This document shows, piece by piece, positions 9,825 through 21,704 of a stretch of DNA of 64,000 bases. The stretch lies in assembly GCA_013204605.1 (NCBI GenBank), contig JABMNI010000011.1, forward strand, positions 16,887 to 80,886, in the 5' to 3' direction. Origin of the DNA: Ignavibacteria bacterium (GTDB lineage: Bacteria > Bacteroidota > Ignavibacteria > Kapaibacteriales > Kapaibacteriaceae). The translations under genes and the position numbers were made by a program. Position 1 is the stretch's first letter. Every line of letters starts with the position of its first letter. Under the pieces are notes generated by a model that had not been told where the DNA came from, did no database searches, and saw only the letters and a list, made by a program, of their open reading frames with translations.

Positions 9825-10348
9825 ATGATCAGATTGCACGCGACGGTTTTGTAACTACAACAGTTGAATCGTTGATTACGTGGGCACAAAAGAATTCCGT
9901 GTGGCCAATGCCACTTGGAATTTCTTGTTGCGGTATTGAGCTAATGGCTTTCGGTGGACCCAGAAGTGACTCCTCTAGGTTTGGTAGTGAGCGATTTTCA
10001 TTTTCGCCGCGCCAAGCCGATCTTATGATCGTAGCTGGCACCGTTACCTATAAAATGTCGTGGGTTGTAAAAAAGATTTGGGATCAAATGCCCGACCCAA
10101 AATGGTGCATCGCCATGGGTGTTTGCACCTCCACCGGCGGTATGTTCAGATCATATCCTGTTGTTCAGGGCATTGACCTATTCTTACCAGTAGACGCGTA
10201 TGTTTCGGGCTGCCCCCCACGTCCGGAGGCCTTGATCAAGTCGTTGATGTACATCCAGGAAAAAATCAACAACTACAAGCCAACGCTTGTCAACCTCGGT
10301 AAAGAAACAGCTCCGCAGGATCGCGGTGAATTAATCGTAGTTCCCTGA
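9815..10348 (+). CDS. nuoB: NADH-quinone oxidoreductase subunit B
   Basis: Contains CCGIELMA, the N2 cluster cysteines and GCPPRPEAL. It overlaps nuoA by 10 nt. Confidence 0.9.
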   Translation: MGLNDQIARDGFVTTTVESLITWAQKNSVWPMPLGISCCGIELMAFGGPRSDSSRFGSERFSFSPRQADLMIVAGTVTYKMSWVVKKIWDQMPDPKWCIAMGVCTSTGGMFRSYPVVQGIDLFLPVDAYVSGCPPRPEALIKSLMYIQEKINNYKPTLVNLGKETAPQDRGELIVVP

Positions 10349-10375
10349 TACGGCTCTACTTCAATCAGCACTAAA

Positions 10376-11485
10376 ATGGTAAGATCACTTGGCGTGATGA
10401 CGGGGACGTCGGTTGATGCAATCGACGTTGCATTGTGTGCGATTTCTAACTTAGAACAGAACCCAACTATCGAATTAGAACGATTCGTATCGGTGGATTA
10501 CTCAGAGCAGACGCTGTACTTGATTCATCGTGCAATTTCTAATCAAGCTCTGGTATCTGAACTTTCAGATCTGCAGTTTGAACTTTCCAACGATTATTAT
10601 CGAGCCATCATTGAAACCATAAATGGCATCGACCACAAATCAATATTGTGCATTGGTGCGCACGGTCAGACAATCTGGCACAATCCGCCCCATTCAACCT
10701 TCCAAATTCTAAACGGAAGTGCCTTAGCTCAGCAAACCAATATTCCGGTGGTTCATGATTTTCGAAGTGCCGATATAGCTTTGGGTGGGCAGGGGGCTCC
10801 CCTAGTACCACTATTCGATTTCACGTTTTTCGCACACCCAACAATCAATAGAGCAGTCCTGAATATTGGCGGGATGTCGAATTTGACAATCCTACCGGCT
10901 AATTCTACTGAAGACCAAATACTCGCCTTCGATTGTGGTCCCGGCAATGTACTTATCGACATCGCGTCGAAAGCGACGTTCGGAAAAAAATTCGACGATG
11001 AGGGCAAAATTGCGCGCGCTGGCCAATCCATTCAACCCCTTCTTGAGCGACTACAATCATTAGAATATTTCTCAAAGCCCCCTCCAAAATCGACCGGTCG
11101 CGAGTTATTCAATGAGGAGTTTGCTAAAAAGTGCATCGATAAATTTGCGCACCCCTCAGCCCCCTCAGAAGATGTGGTAGCAACATTTACAGAACTAACT
11201 GCGTGGTGCATTGCCGATCATGTTACGCGCTTTGGTTCCATGTGCACCGAGTTAATTTGTTCTGGCGGCGGCACGAAAAATACGTATCTCATGGAACGGA
11301 TTGCTCATTACCTGCCAGAGATAAAGGTGTTGCATTCAGACTCAATCGGTTTCCCATCGCAAGCGAAAGAAGCCATGTGCTTTGCGTTTTTGGCTGCTCG
11401 CACGATGTTTAAGTTGCACGGTAACATGCCATCCGTAACTGGCGCCAGTAGAAAAGCGGTGCTCGGAACGGTTTCAACTCCGTAA
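10376..11485 (+). CDS. anmK: Anhydro-N-acetylmuramic acid kinase
   Basis: The N-terminal GVMTGTSVDAIDVAL matches AnmK's GLMSGTSLDGID. Length is 369 aa. Confidence 0.8.
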   Translation: MVRSLGVMTGTSVDAIDVALCAISNLEQNPTIELERFVSVDYSEQTLYLIHRAISNQALVSELSDLQFELSNDYYRAIIETINGIDHKSILCIGAHGQTIWHNPPHSTFQILNGSALAQQTNIPVVHDFRSADIALGGQGAPLVPLFDFTFFAHPTINRAVLNIGGMSNLTILPANSTEDQILAFDCGPGNVLIDIASKATFGKKFDDEGKIARAGQSIQPLLERLQSLEYFSKPPPKSTGRELFNEEFAKKCIDKFAHPSAPSEDVVATFTELTAWCIADHVTRFGSMCTELICSGGGTKNTYLMERIAHYLPEIKVLHSDSIGFPSQAKEAMCFAFLAARTMFKLHGNMPSVTGASRKAVLGTVSTP

Positions 11486-11499
11486 TTCGTCTCATTCAT

Positions 11500-11539
11500 T
11501 CGTCTCGATGATTCATCCCAATGATTCGACGTTTTTTTT
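11500..11539 (+). terminator. Probable rho-independent terminator after anmK
   Basis: An imperfect hairpin (CGTCTCGATGATTCA...TGATTCGACG) is followed by a run of nine T residues. Confidence 0.45.
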
Positions 11540-11639
11540 TCAGCAATTTCCAGACAACGCAAAGCATGTTGCGGATGGGCACCGACTTCCGGCATAACTC
11601 GTAAATTTGGTTTCTTATTCAATTACAAAATAAACTCCG

Positions 11640-12788
11640 ATGTTTTCATTAGAACTCTCTGAAACCCATAAAATGATTCGGGATATGGCCCGCCAATTTG
11701 CGCGTGACGAGGTATCACCCTCGTCGATTGAGCGAGACATTAAAGGCGAATTCCCAACGGAAATTGTGAAAAAAATGGGCGAGCTGGGTTTCCTTGGAAT
11801 GATGGTTCAACCCGAATGGGGCGGCTCAGGAATGGACGCACTGAGTTATGTTTTGGCTATGGAAGAAATCTCCGCTGTTGATGCTTCAGTTGGTGTTATA
11901 ATGTCTGTGAACAATTCACTCGTAAACTGGGGACTTGACACGTACGGCACTCCCGAACAAAAGGAAAAATTTCTCAAGCCCCTTGCTACTGGAATTGTGC
12001 ACGGTGCTTTTTGTCTGTCAGAGCCCGAAGCCGGCAGCGATGCCACGCAGCAGCATACAGTTGCCGAGCAAACTGAGGGCGGATGGATAATAAATGGGAC
12101 GAAGAATTGGATAACAAACGGAACCACCGCCTCTACCTACCTCGTGATGGCGCAAACTGACAGAGCGTTAAAGCACAAAGGCATCACTTGTTTTATTATA
12201 CCAAGAAATTCTCCAGGGTTCGAGCCCGGCTTGAAAGAAGATAAGCTTGGCATTCGATCGAGCGACACCTGTTCAATAGGCTTGACCAACGTGTTTGTAC
12301 CTGATGAGAACGTACTTGGTGGCGTTGGTACAGGATTTAAAATTGCCATGGAAAGCTTGAACGGCGGACGGATTGGAATTGCGGCCCAGGCACTCGGAAT
12401 AGCAAAAGGTGCCTTCGACGCAGCGCTACTATATTCAACGCAGCGTAAAGCCTTCGGAAAACCAATTTCGGAACTGCAGGCCATTCAAATGAAACTAGCA
12501 GACATGGCTACAAAAATTGAAGCCGCCAGACTCTTAGTTTACAAAGCAGCCTACCTAAAAGATCAGCACGTGAGTTATGTGAAGGAAGCAGCACAAGCAA
12601 AACTCATGGCATCAACAGTATCGGTTCAGGTAGCCCTAGAAGCCATACAAATTCACGGAGGGTACGGGTACGTTCGTGAGTATCTAGTTGAACGCTATTT
12701 ACGTGACGCTAAAGTAACGGAGATCTACGAAGGCACCAGCGAAATTCAGCACATCGTAATCGCACGGTCGCTGCTGAAAGAGATGTAA
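11640..12788 (+). CDS. Acyl-CoA dehydrogenase (short-chain/butyryl-CoA dehydrogenase-like)
   Basis: Length is 382 aa. ACAD N-, middle- and C-domain motifs are present (GGSG...GSDA...YEGTSEIQ). Confidence 0.85.
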   Translation: MFSLELSETHKMIRDMARQFARDEVSPSSIERDIKGEFPTEIVKKMGELGFLGMMVQPEWGGSGMDALSYVLAMEEISAVDASVGVIMSVNNSLVNWGLDTYGTPEQKEKFLKPLATGIVHGAFCLSEPEAGSDATQQHTVAEQTEGGWIINGTKNWITNGTTASTYLVMAQTDRALKHKGITCFIIPRNSPGFEPGLKEDKLGIRSSDTCSIGLTNVFVPDENVLGGVGTGFKIAMESLNGGRIGIAAQALGIAKGAFDAALLYSTQRKAFGKPISELQAIQMKLADMATKIEAARLLVYKAAYLKDQHVSYVKEAAQAKLMASTVSVQVALEAIQIHGGYGYVREYLVERYLRDAKVTEIYEGTSEIQHIVIARSLLKEM

Positions 12789-12826
12789 GGCTAAAGTAAT
12801 TTCAAGGGTCTTTCCCAGCCTGTGAA

Positions 12827-15800
12827 TTACGGCAGACGTGCTCCTAATTTGATTTCCCAATCTCTGGATTGTCGGGTAATGTTACCTGATTGATTTAAAC
12901 TTCTGGAGAAATCAATCAAGAAATACCGCAAGGCCTCACTGTCATTTAGAATACTGAACGGCACGGTCACCGTAAAGGTACTGTTTCCTGCAAAATCGCT
13001 TATCTGGCCCGACACGCGATAGCTCACGTTTCCAAATACTTGTCCAATTACAGTGAGTTTGCTCTGCGATGGATCGGCCGCAACATCAATTTGGGCGCTC
13101 TGGAAAACTCCATTTCCGCTTATCATGTCTCCCAGTGCACTAGTTGTGAGAGCTGAAAAACTCGCATACACTTCATTCACAAAATTGCCCTGCCCCGCAG
13201 CCGTTAACTCATCCTGTGTTCTTCCCACCAATATTAGCATTAGCGCATCTCCCGCTATCCTAGTGGAATCGCCTATTACCTCGCGACTATTTCGCCATAG
13301 CCTATAACTAATATTCGGAGTTTTTTTAGTGCCGGTAATTGTTAACTCTACTTTATAAAATTCTTTGACGTCCCCTATGTATCGGCTGTTCTCATACACT
13401 GCTTTCAAATCAAGTGCAGGATTTGTCATACCTCCGGAATTGAACGTCAATATGCCACTCGTAGAAAACGGTTTATAGAACTTATATGAACTCGCTCCCT
13501 CTCTCACACGAACCTGCCCTCGAAGATTAGTGGAATTATCTCCAAACTTACCAGTGAACGTAAGCGGCATTCTCCTATCGGTTTGCTCCAAATCGGCAAT
13601 GAGAATCTCAAACGTCCCCAAGATCATAGTTAAAAGGACCCGACCTTCTAGGTATATGTCGAGATTGAATTTTAAGATGTCGATGAACGAACCGGTAGGC
13701 GCTTTAAATACGCTTCTAATTGCGGTTGAAACCTGATCTGAAACAGTGTCCTTGGCTGTCTCAGTTCGCACCTCTTTAATGCCCTTATAATCGCGAATGA
13801 TCCTATTTGATGTATTCGTATCGGAATGGCGGAAATACTCAAATGAATTATATCTAGCTTTTGTTGATGACCGTTCTTTCGGGAAGACTATGTCCGAGTA
13901 CATAATGTGGATGTCACCCTCCATGGATGGGTCATCAATTTTCCCGAACAGTCTAATTGGTTTTCTGCCCGACCTAATTATGAGGTCACCAAAAATTTCG
14001 GGACTTCTGGTTTGTGAGGCCATATTCATTACTCGAATTCCACTTTTGGACGTCGTGTTCATGCTAATGTCTATTCTGTCAACCCTCAATCCATCAAAAA
14101 CAACCACGCCAGTTGCCAAGGCACTTCCATTTTTTAAGTCATCGGCAAGATTTTTTACTACCAAGCTGTCAACAAAAAGATTACTGCCGTCCAAGTGCAG
14201 TTTACCAGCCGTGAGATACGAGATGTTCGTAGCGCTTGCCGTAAAACTGGCTGAATTTACATCGGCCGCTCCGCCTAGTTTAATATCATCCGGGGTGGTG
14301 CCACGCACCCAAATTTTAGCGTTTGTGTAACCACGCACATTCTCTACTGCAGGTAGAAATGGTTCTATTGCAGCCAACGTAAGTCTATTTGCAGACAGCT
14401 CAATGTCGATTGGTTTACCATCAACTAATCTCTTAGGCACACTTTCGATAGCTAAATTTAGTGGCAATGATTTGACAGCCATATCTAGCGTATTAACTGC
14501 CGTAGAATCTTTACTGTTTGATATCCACATTACGCCGTTTACATTTTTATCTTCATGTACCAGCGATAGAGACATGTTTCCGATTGCTTGCCCATTATAA
14601 CCAACGTCTTGCGCCGTCATCGATAGGTTGAACTTCGGCTCCTTCCATGTGCCATTCGCAACTAACGTACAGGTATTTACTAGTCCAGTGACTAGTCTAA
14701 TTGGATCGTCTGATGAAAGCCTAACAAATTGGGGAATCTTTTTCAACGAGAAATTCTCAACGCGCACGGTTGCTCCACTGAAATCCCTCAAACTGAACAT
14801 CCCGTCTAAGTGTATGGTTTCAGCCCACGGGCGCTGAACAGAAATTCCATTTACGTTGAAACGGCCAGAAGAAATAGATACCGTACCCGACTTGATGGTT
14901 TTCCATTCTAATCCTCCTACGCTATCTATAACAATATGCGCCGCATCTATTTGAACGGTGGCTTGATCGTCGTCGAATTTGCAGTTACCCGCAATGGTGA
15001 ACCATTGTTTTTCAACGCTACTTCGAGCGTTGAATTGAAGGCCGTTAGACTGTTCTGAAATTTCAACAAATGGATTCTTCAATAGTATAGAATTGACCAT
15101 GACAACCGAATCGCAACGACCATAAAACTCAATTTCGGGTGCTAAGGAGGAGTTATAAATATCGCTCACCATAAATCGCCCACCCATGGTTATTGGGTCT
15201 GTCTGAAGCGCAACGTCGGGAGAAGTTATAGCAATGTCACCCGAAACAAGAGTATCTACTCTAACTAGTAACCGACCGTTGTCAAACACAATTTGAGATC
15301 GCAATCTAAAATCTGCAGACAGATTGATATCCGATAAAAACATGTTGACTGGTGAGATGTCTTTAATATCGGCATCGATGGTCATGTCGAAATTCGAAAT
15401 TTTACTACGCATTAGGGAGGGTTGAAATTTTTCATCTGTAAAGTATCTAACTCGTTTTTGCACCACTGATGAAATTGTTTCCACCACGGCTTCGATGTCC
15501 GAGCCTAGTTGAGAAGGTAAAAACTCTCCACGTAATTTCAGTCGACCAAAATCCGAATCAAATCCTATCGTTCGTTGGCCCGCACTCCTTTCAGAGGTTG
15601 CAGCCAATTTGAATGGCAGCATGGCTCGATCGCGCAAGGTGAACTCGCGAACGTCTGCATCCAACTTACCAATGATGCTATCTAAATCGTACCCCACTAC
15701 ATCCCATTTAAACTTGCCCGTCAAACGCCTTGGCATACTTTCCGTTCTGGTGAGCTGCGCCAAATTTATCGCTTGCACAGCGGCATCACCTTTTAGCCTC

Positions 15801-17434
15801 GGAAAAGACTCGTCAGAGACGTCCAAGCTGCCACTCAACGAAATAGTTTGTTGGTCAGGAACGAAGAGTGAATCATCCAGCTGCGGAACGGGAGTAATAT
15901 TAGCATAGACTGTGTCGAAACTAATTAACCCCTTACCATTTGCAGTCAAATACACTTTAGCCTGCCTGATTGATCGACCATTAATAACTGACGGTTCCAG
16001 ATCAATCTTTAAGTCGCAGCGAATTGTGGCGAGATCAAGTCCGGTGCCTTCCATCAATACTTTCCCATTTAGCTCGGTGGCGAAGGATGAATCTGAATTG
16101 AACACACCAACTTGACCATGGGCAATTGCCATATTTACTCTATACCCGAGCTCTGGCTTACTCAAATAGAGCGTCATTTCTCCATGAACTTCACCGGCTG
16201 CTTCCCTTCCGTGAACTTCGAACCACAAACTATCGGCGGGATGACCCTTTAAGTGGACACTATCGAGCGATGTGGTAGTTAGAAAATTCAAGACCGGAAG
16301 TTGCACAATACCGATTCTGCGACGAACGTCGGCGTAGGAGGCCGTTGAGTGAATTACATGAATGTCGATACCCAATTTCGAATCGTCATCAACGCTGGTC
16401 ACCAGCACTGTGCCATACACACGATTGTTACCGGCCTTCAATTCCATTTTATCAACAAAAATGTTTTTACCGTCAAACTGGGCCGTGCACGAAAGAGCGT
16501 ATGACTCTCTAAGTTTTACGTCCGGAATGAAGTATTGTAAATCTTCGCCAGATACTTTTTCCGCTTCAATTTCGGCCACGATGGGATGTGTAGCAAACAA
16601 TGAATCACTGAATTCTTCAAAGACATTCACGCCTGTTATAGAAGCCGAAAAGTTAATCGCATTCCGGGAATTGGCGAGTTGAACAGACTGTAGTTCTACA
16701 CCTCGTTTGTTAGCCCTGACAATCGCTGAAAGTCTATCCACATTCAATCTGTCGGTAGCGTCCTTCATCGAAAAATTGTTGATCATTAACGCAAAATCTG
16801 AATCCATCAAATTCACTCGAACGCTTGCGTTCAAGTCTACGTCCGTAAGTGTGAGGTGTGTTGGGTCGAACGACGTATTGTTAGGCCATTCCTCGCTAAG
16901 ATCGTTCACGAAGAGATTTCCGCCAACAATGTTCAATGACCGCACGACAAGTACGCCTTCAGGCAGGGTAGATTTAGTAGTATCAGGATTCGGCTTTAGC
17001 AAATGAGAAAAGTTCCAGCCACGAGGTCCTGATTTATATAGTCGGATAGTAGGTTCAACAAGTTCTACATTATCAATGGCAATAATGCGCTGCCATAATG
17101 CAGAAAGTGTATACGTAACCGATAGTTCTTTGGCTTCAAGCAGAAGCGTTCTATCGGCATAGACTCTAGGGTGAACTAGTACAATTCCCTTGAAAATATT
17201 AAGCTTCACCTCGTCGCAAAATATTTTACCCTCTAGCTGATTATTCGCAACGCTAATTACAATTTCCTTCATCCAATCTCGGAACGTATCCGTCTGAGCA
17301 ATCAGGACAAATAATGCAGTCAAAAGAATTACCGATCCAAAAATTCTGTACATCCACAGAAACAAAAATGCCAATACACGTCGCCACAATGGTCGCCGGG
17401 GTTGGGTTATCTGGGGTGTATGAATTTCTGACAT
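12827..17434 (-). CDS. TamB/AsmA-like translocation and assembly module protein
   Basis: Length is 1535 aa. It has a single N-terminal TM anchor (LWRRVLAFLFLWMYRIFGSVILLTALFVL), a long beta-rich body and a DUF490-like C-terminus. Confidence 0.6.
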   Translation of the reverse strand: MSEIHTPQITQPRRPLWRRVLAFLFLWMYRIFGSVILLTALFVLIAQTDTFRDWMKEIVISVANNQLEGKIFCDEVKLNIFKGIVLVHPRVYADRTLLLEAKELSVTYTLSALWQRIIAIDNVELVEPTIRLYKSGPRGWNFSHLLKPNPDTTKSTLPEGVLVVRSLNIVGGNLFVNDLSEEWPNNTSFDPTHLTLTDVDLNASVRVNLMDSDFALMINNFSMKDATDRLNVDRLSAIVRANKRGVELQSVQLANSRNAINFSASITGVNVFEEFSDSLFATHPIVAEIEAEKVSGEDLQYFIPDVKLRESYALSCTAQFDGKNIFVDKMELKAGNNRVYGTVLVTSVDDDSKLGIDIHVIHSTASYADVRRRIGIVQLPVLNFLTTTSLDSVHLKGHPADSLWFEVHGREAAGEVHGEMTLYLSKPELGYRVNMAIAHGQVGVFNSDSSFATELNGKVLMEGTGLDLATIRCDLKIDLEPSVINGRSIRQAKVYLTANGKGLISFDTVYANITPVPQLDDSLFVPDQQTISLSGSLDVSDESFPRLKGDAAVQAINLAQLTRTESMPRRLTGKFKWDVVGYDLDSIIGKLDADVREFTLRDRAMLPFKLAATSERSAGQRTIGFDSDFGRLKLRGEFLPSQLGSDIEAVVETISSVVQKRVRYFTDEKFQPSLMRSKISNFDMTIDADIKDISPVNMFLSDINLSADFRLRSQIVFDNGRLLVRVDTLVSGDIAITSPDVALQTDPITMGGRFMVSDIYNSSLAPEIEFYGRCDSVVMVNSILLKNPFVEISEQSNGLQFNARSSVEKQWFTIAGNCKFDDDQATVQIDAAHIVIDSVGGLEWKTIKSGTVSISSGRFNVNGISVQRPWAETIHLDGMFSLRDFSGATVRVENFSLKKIPQFVRLSSDDPIRLVTGLVNTCTLVANGTWKEPKFNLSMTAQDVGYNGQAIGNMSLSLVHEDKNVNGVMWISNSKDSTAVNTLDMAVKSLPLNLAIESVPKRLVDGKPIDIELSANRLTLAAIEPFLPAVENVRGYTNAKIWVRGTTPDDIKLGGAADVNSASFTASATNISYLTAGKLHLDGSNLFVDSLVVKNLADDLKNGSALATGVVVFDGLRVDRIDISMNTTSKSGIRVMNMASQTRSPEIFGDLIIRSGRKPIRLFGKIDDPSMEGDIHIMYSDIVFPKERSSTKARYNSFEYFRHSDTNTSNRIIRDYKGIKEVRTETAKDTVSDQVSTAIRSVFKAPTGSFIDILKFNLDIYLEGRVLLTMILGTFEILIADLEQTDRRMPLTFTGKFGDNSTNLRGQVRVREGASSYKFYKPFSTSGILTFNSGGMTNPALDLKAVYENSRYIGDVKEFYKVELTITGTKKTPNISYRLWRNSREVIGDSTRIAGDALMLILVGRTQDELTAAGQGNFVNEVYASFSALTTSALGDMISGNGVFQSAQIDVAADPSQSKLTVIGQVFGNVSYRVSGQISDFAGNSTFTVTVPFSILNDSEALRYFLIDFSRSLNQSGNITRQSRDWEIKLGARLP

Positions 17435-17463
17435 TTGTATTTGTCGTTATTGACTAGTCGTTC

Positions 17464-18861
17464 TTAGTCGCTTTTGGCGTTAGAATATCGAGGTTGTTTA
17501 TTCACGGAGTTCAAAATTTCAATGTGGCCCCATTTAAAGTCCAGACTATCTAACTCGACAAGAACGTTAATAACATCTAAACGAGTTATCAGTTTGTCAG
17601 ACAGGTACCGCACTCTGAAATGATCGACCAACATTATATCGGGCATTTCGCCAGGCCACACCTTTGTTCCACGGTTCGACATCATAGCCAATGTTAACGG
17701 CCCAATCTTTTCCGGAACGTCGGGAAGCTCTGGGACGTTGGTAAGCTCTCCAGACCACTCAATAAACACGTCAACACCATTTAGTACCCATTCTTCAGAG
17801 ATTGTTTCAGGAACAGGATGCGTTACCCGATCTGCAACCGTTGAATCAGAAACAATAGAAATAGCGGGTTTCAATCTGGCAATGATCTCGTTTGTAAAAT
17901 CATTTGTAGACAATACCCCGCCTAAATCGCGAGTTTTCATATCGGCAGCAAGTGTCGAACTCAGAGCATCCTGAATTGCCTGTGCGTAGCCAATCCAACC
18001 CATAAACTGCAACATTTGAATCCCAGATAGTAACAATGCTGTTGGGTTAGCAAGTCCCTTGCCAGCAATATCCGGAGCAGACCCATGAACAGCCTCAAAC
18101 ACCGCGCATGTCCGGCCAATATTCCCACCAGGAGCAACCCCTAAGCCCCCTACAATCCCTGCACACAGGTCACTTACTATGTCGCCATAAAGGTTTGGTA
18201 GTACTAGCACATCGAATTGTTCAGGGCGAGTGACAAGTTGCATGCAGCAATTGTCCACAATTATGTCGGAAGTCTCAATATCTGTGTATTCTGCCGCCAC
18301 CTGCCTAAATACCTCAAGAAACAGGCCATCGGTTAGCTTGTGAATATTGGCTTTGTGTACGCATGTTACTTTGTTTCTGCCGAGTTTTCTCGTCTGCTCA
18401 AACGCGTATCGAATTACGGCAAGCGACCCTTGGCGAGTAATGAGTTTCAGACCCTGCGCAACATTGGGAGTTTGAAAGTGTTCGATTCCGGAGTACGTAT
18501 CCTCGACATTTTCGCGCACCACCAAGATGTCAACGTTCTTAAACCTTGTCTCGACCGCCGGCATAGTCCTAGCAAGTCTAACATTTGCGTATAGTTCTAG
18601 CGAGGTTCTGATTGCCACATTGACACTCTTGTGTCCACCACCTACAGGCGTTGTAGTGGGTCCTTTTAACGCCAACCCATTTCGTTTTATCGAATCCAAC
18701 GTTTCAGGGGGAACTCCGCGTCCGCCCTGTTCAATTGCAGTAAGGCCCGCCACAGCATATTCCCATTCAATAGGTACCTTGGCTGCTTCGAATATCTTCA
18801 CAACTGCGGCCGAAATTTCCGGCCCAATTCCATCGCCTTCAATCAACGTTACTTTAGTCAT
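17464..18861 (-). CDS. icd: Isocitrate dehydrogenase (isocitrate/isopropylmalate DH superfamily) with ~130 aa C-terminal extension
   Basis: The N-terminal IEGDGIGPEI, GGGHKSVNVAIR (isocitrate-binding S-x-N) and VRENVEDTYSGIE are present. At 465 aa the protein is about 130 aa longer than NAD-IDH. Confidence 0.75.
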   Translation of the reverse strand: MTKVTLIEGDGIGPEISAAVVKIFEAAKVPIEWEYAVAGLTAIEQGGRGVPPETLDSIKRNGLALKGPTTTPVGGGHKSVNVAIRTSLELYANVRLARTMPAVETRFKNVDILVVRENVEDTYSGIEHFQTPNVAQGLKLITRQGSLAVIRYAFEQTRKLGRNKVTCVHKANIHKLTDGLFLEVFRQVAAEYTDIETSDIIVDNCCMQLVTRPEQFDVLVLPNLYGDIVSDLCAGIVGGLGVAPGGNIGRTCAVFEAVHGSAPDIAGKGLANPTALLLSGIQMLQFMGWIGYAQAIQDALSSTLAADMKTRDLGGVLSTNDFTNEIIARLKPAISIVSDSTVADRVTHPVPETISEEWVLNGVDVFIEWSGELTNVPELPDVPEKIGPLTLAMMSNRGTKVWPGEMPDIMLVDHFRVRYLSDKLITRLDVINVLVELDSLDFKWGHIEILNSVNKQPRYSNAKSD

Positions 18862-18939
18862 TTACACTTCAAATAATTCATATCAAACTTTTATTCTACG
18901 TAAACTTTTCTTTTTCGCAAATCAAAATCGGCACTGCTT

Positions 18940-20112
18940 TTACATCATTTCAATAATAATGGCACTTGCCTCGCCGCCACCAATGCACAGTGTAGCCAAA
19001 CCATACCTACCACCGGTACGTTTCAAGGCATGTACCAGTGTAGTTAACACCCTTGCGCCCGATGCGCCAATTGGGTGACCCAACGCCACAGCTCCACCAT
19101 GGATGTTTATTTTTTCCAATGGAATACTCAACTTTTGTTGTGCGGCGATGGTAACCACAGCAAACGCTTCATTAATCTCAAAAAGATCAATCTCACCCAG
19201 GGTAAGACCAGCTTTCATTGCAACTCTGTTAATCGCTTCGATTGGTGACGTAGTGAACCATTTTGGATCCTGAGCAAACGATGCTTGCGCTAGAATTTTG
19301 GCAAGGGGCTTCATGTTGTGTGCACTAACAGCCTGTTCGGATGCAATTACTAATGCAGCAGCGCCATCATTTATTGTGGAGGCGTTGGCAGCCGTAACCG
19401 ACCCATCCTTTTTAAATACTGGTTTTAACGTTGGAATCTTGTCGAACTGAACCTTAGTTGGTTCTTCGTCAGTGTCAACAATCACGTCACCCTTGCGGCC
19501 CTTAATAACCACCGGCGTAATTTCATTTTTAAACCAGCCGTTAGCAATTGCTTGCTGGGCTAACTTGTACGACCGAATTGTAAACTCATCCTGCATTTCA
19601 CGGGTAATTGAGCACTCTGTTGCGCACAGCTCTGCAGCATCGCCCATAGGCACCTGATTATAAACATCCCACAGACCGTCCCATTGCATAAGGTCGACCA
19701 TCCGAGCATTCCCAAATTTTACGCCCTTCCTGGAGTCTAGCATCGCATGCGGAGCGTTAGTCATGGATTCTTGACCGCCCGCAACCACTATTTGTGCATC
19801 TCCACAACGAATGGCCTGATCAGCCAACATTACTGCTTTCAGGCCCGAACCGCATACCTTGTTTATGGTCATAGCGGGCACACTGTTCGGTAATCCCGCA
19901 TATATAGTAGCCTGTCGGGCGGGGGCTTGCCCAATTCCACCCGTAATTACGTTGCCCATTATTACCTCACTCACGTGCTCGCCACTAATTCCAGCATCTT
20001 CTAATGCTGCTGAAATAGCGCCGGCTCCGAGCCTTGGTGCGCTTACGTCCGATAACACTCCAAGTAGCGATCCGATGGGAGTTCGCTTTGCTGATACTAT
20101 ATACGATTGCAT
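18940..20112 (-). CDS. Acetyl-CoA C-acetyltransferase (thiolase II)
   Basis: The N-terminal SAKRTPIGS is present. The active-site Cys is in INKVCGSGLKA, and the C-terminus carries GGGEASA and HPIGASGAR. Confidence 0.9.
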   Translation of the reverse strand: MQSYIVSAKRTPIGSLLGVLSDVSAPRLGAGAISAALEDAGISGEHVSEVIMGNVITGGIGQAPARQATIYAGLPNSVPAMTINKVCGSGLKAVMLADQAIRCGDAQIVVAGGQESMTNAPHAMLDSRKGVKFGNARMVDLMQWDGLWDVYNQVPMGDAAELCATECSITREMQDEFTIRSYKLAQQAIANGWFKNEITPVVIKGRKGDVIVDTDEEPTKVQFDKIPTLKPVFKKDGSVTAANASTINDGAAALVIASEQAVSAHNMKPLAKILAQASFAQDPKWFTTSPIEAINRVAMKAGLTLGEIDLFEINEAFAVVTIAAQQKLSIPLEKINIHGGAVALGHPIGASGARVLTTLVHALKRTGGRYGLATLCIGGGEASAIIIEMM

Positions 20113-20287
20113 AATTCTTTCGTCTGATTTGATTGTGACTGGTTAGAACGGCAAAAATACGGTAATTGAAAGTGGTGACCGAACTCAACAACCTTTCCAC
20201 ACAACATTATTATAGTCTGCGAATTCCCTATTTTTGCTAGTCTATTTGTATAACGAACCATTTCATATTAGCGATTCGCTCGGGTAA

Positions 20288-21700
<1,413 letters not shown>

Positions 21701-21704
21701 AATA

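Noticed and set aside
13053-17006. Many 65-177-aa plus-strand ORFs inside the 4.6-kb tamB-like gene
   Set aside because: All lie antisense within a single long, well-supported minus-strand CDS. They have no RBS or conservation logic and are spurious.
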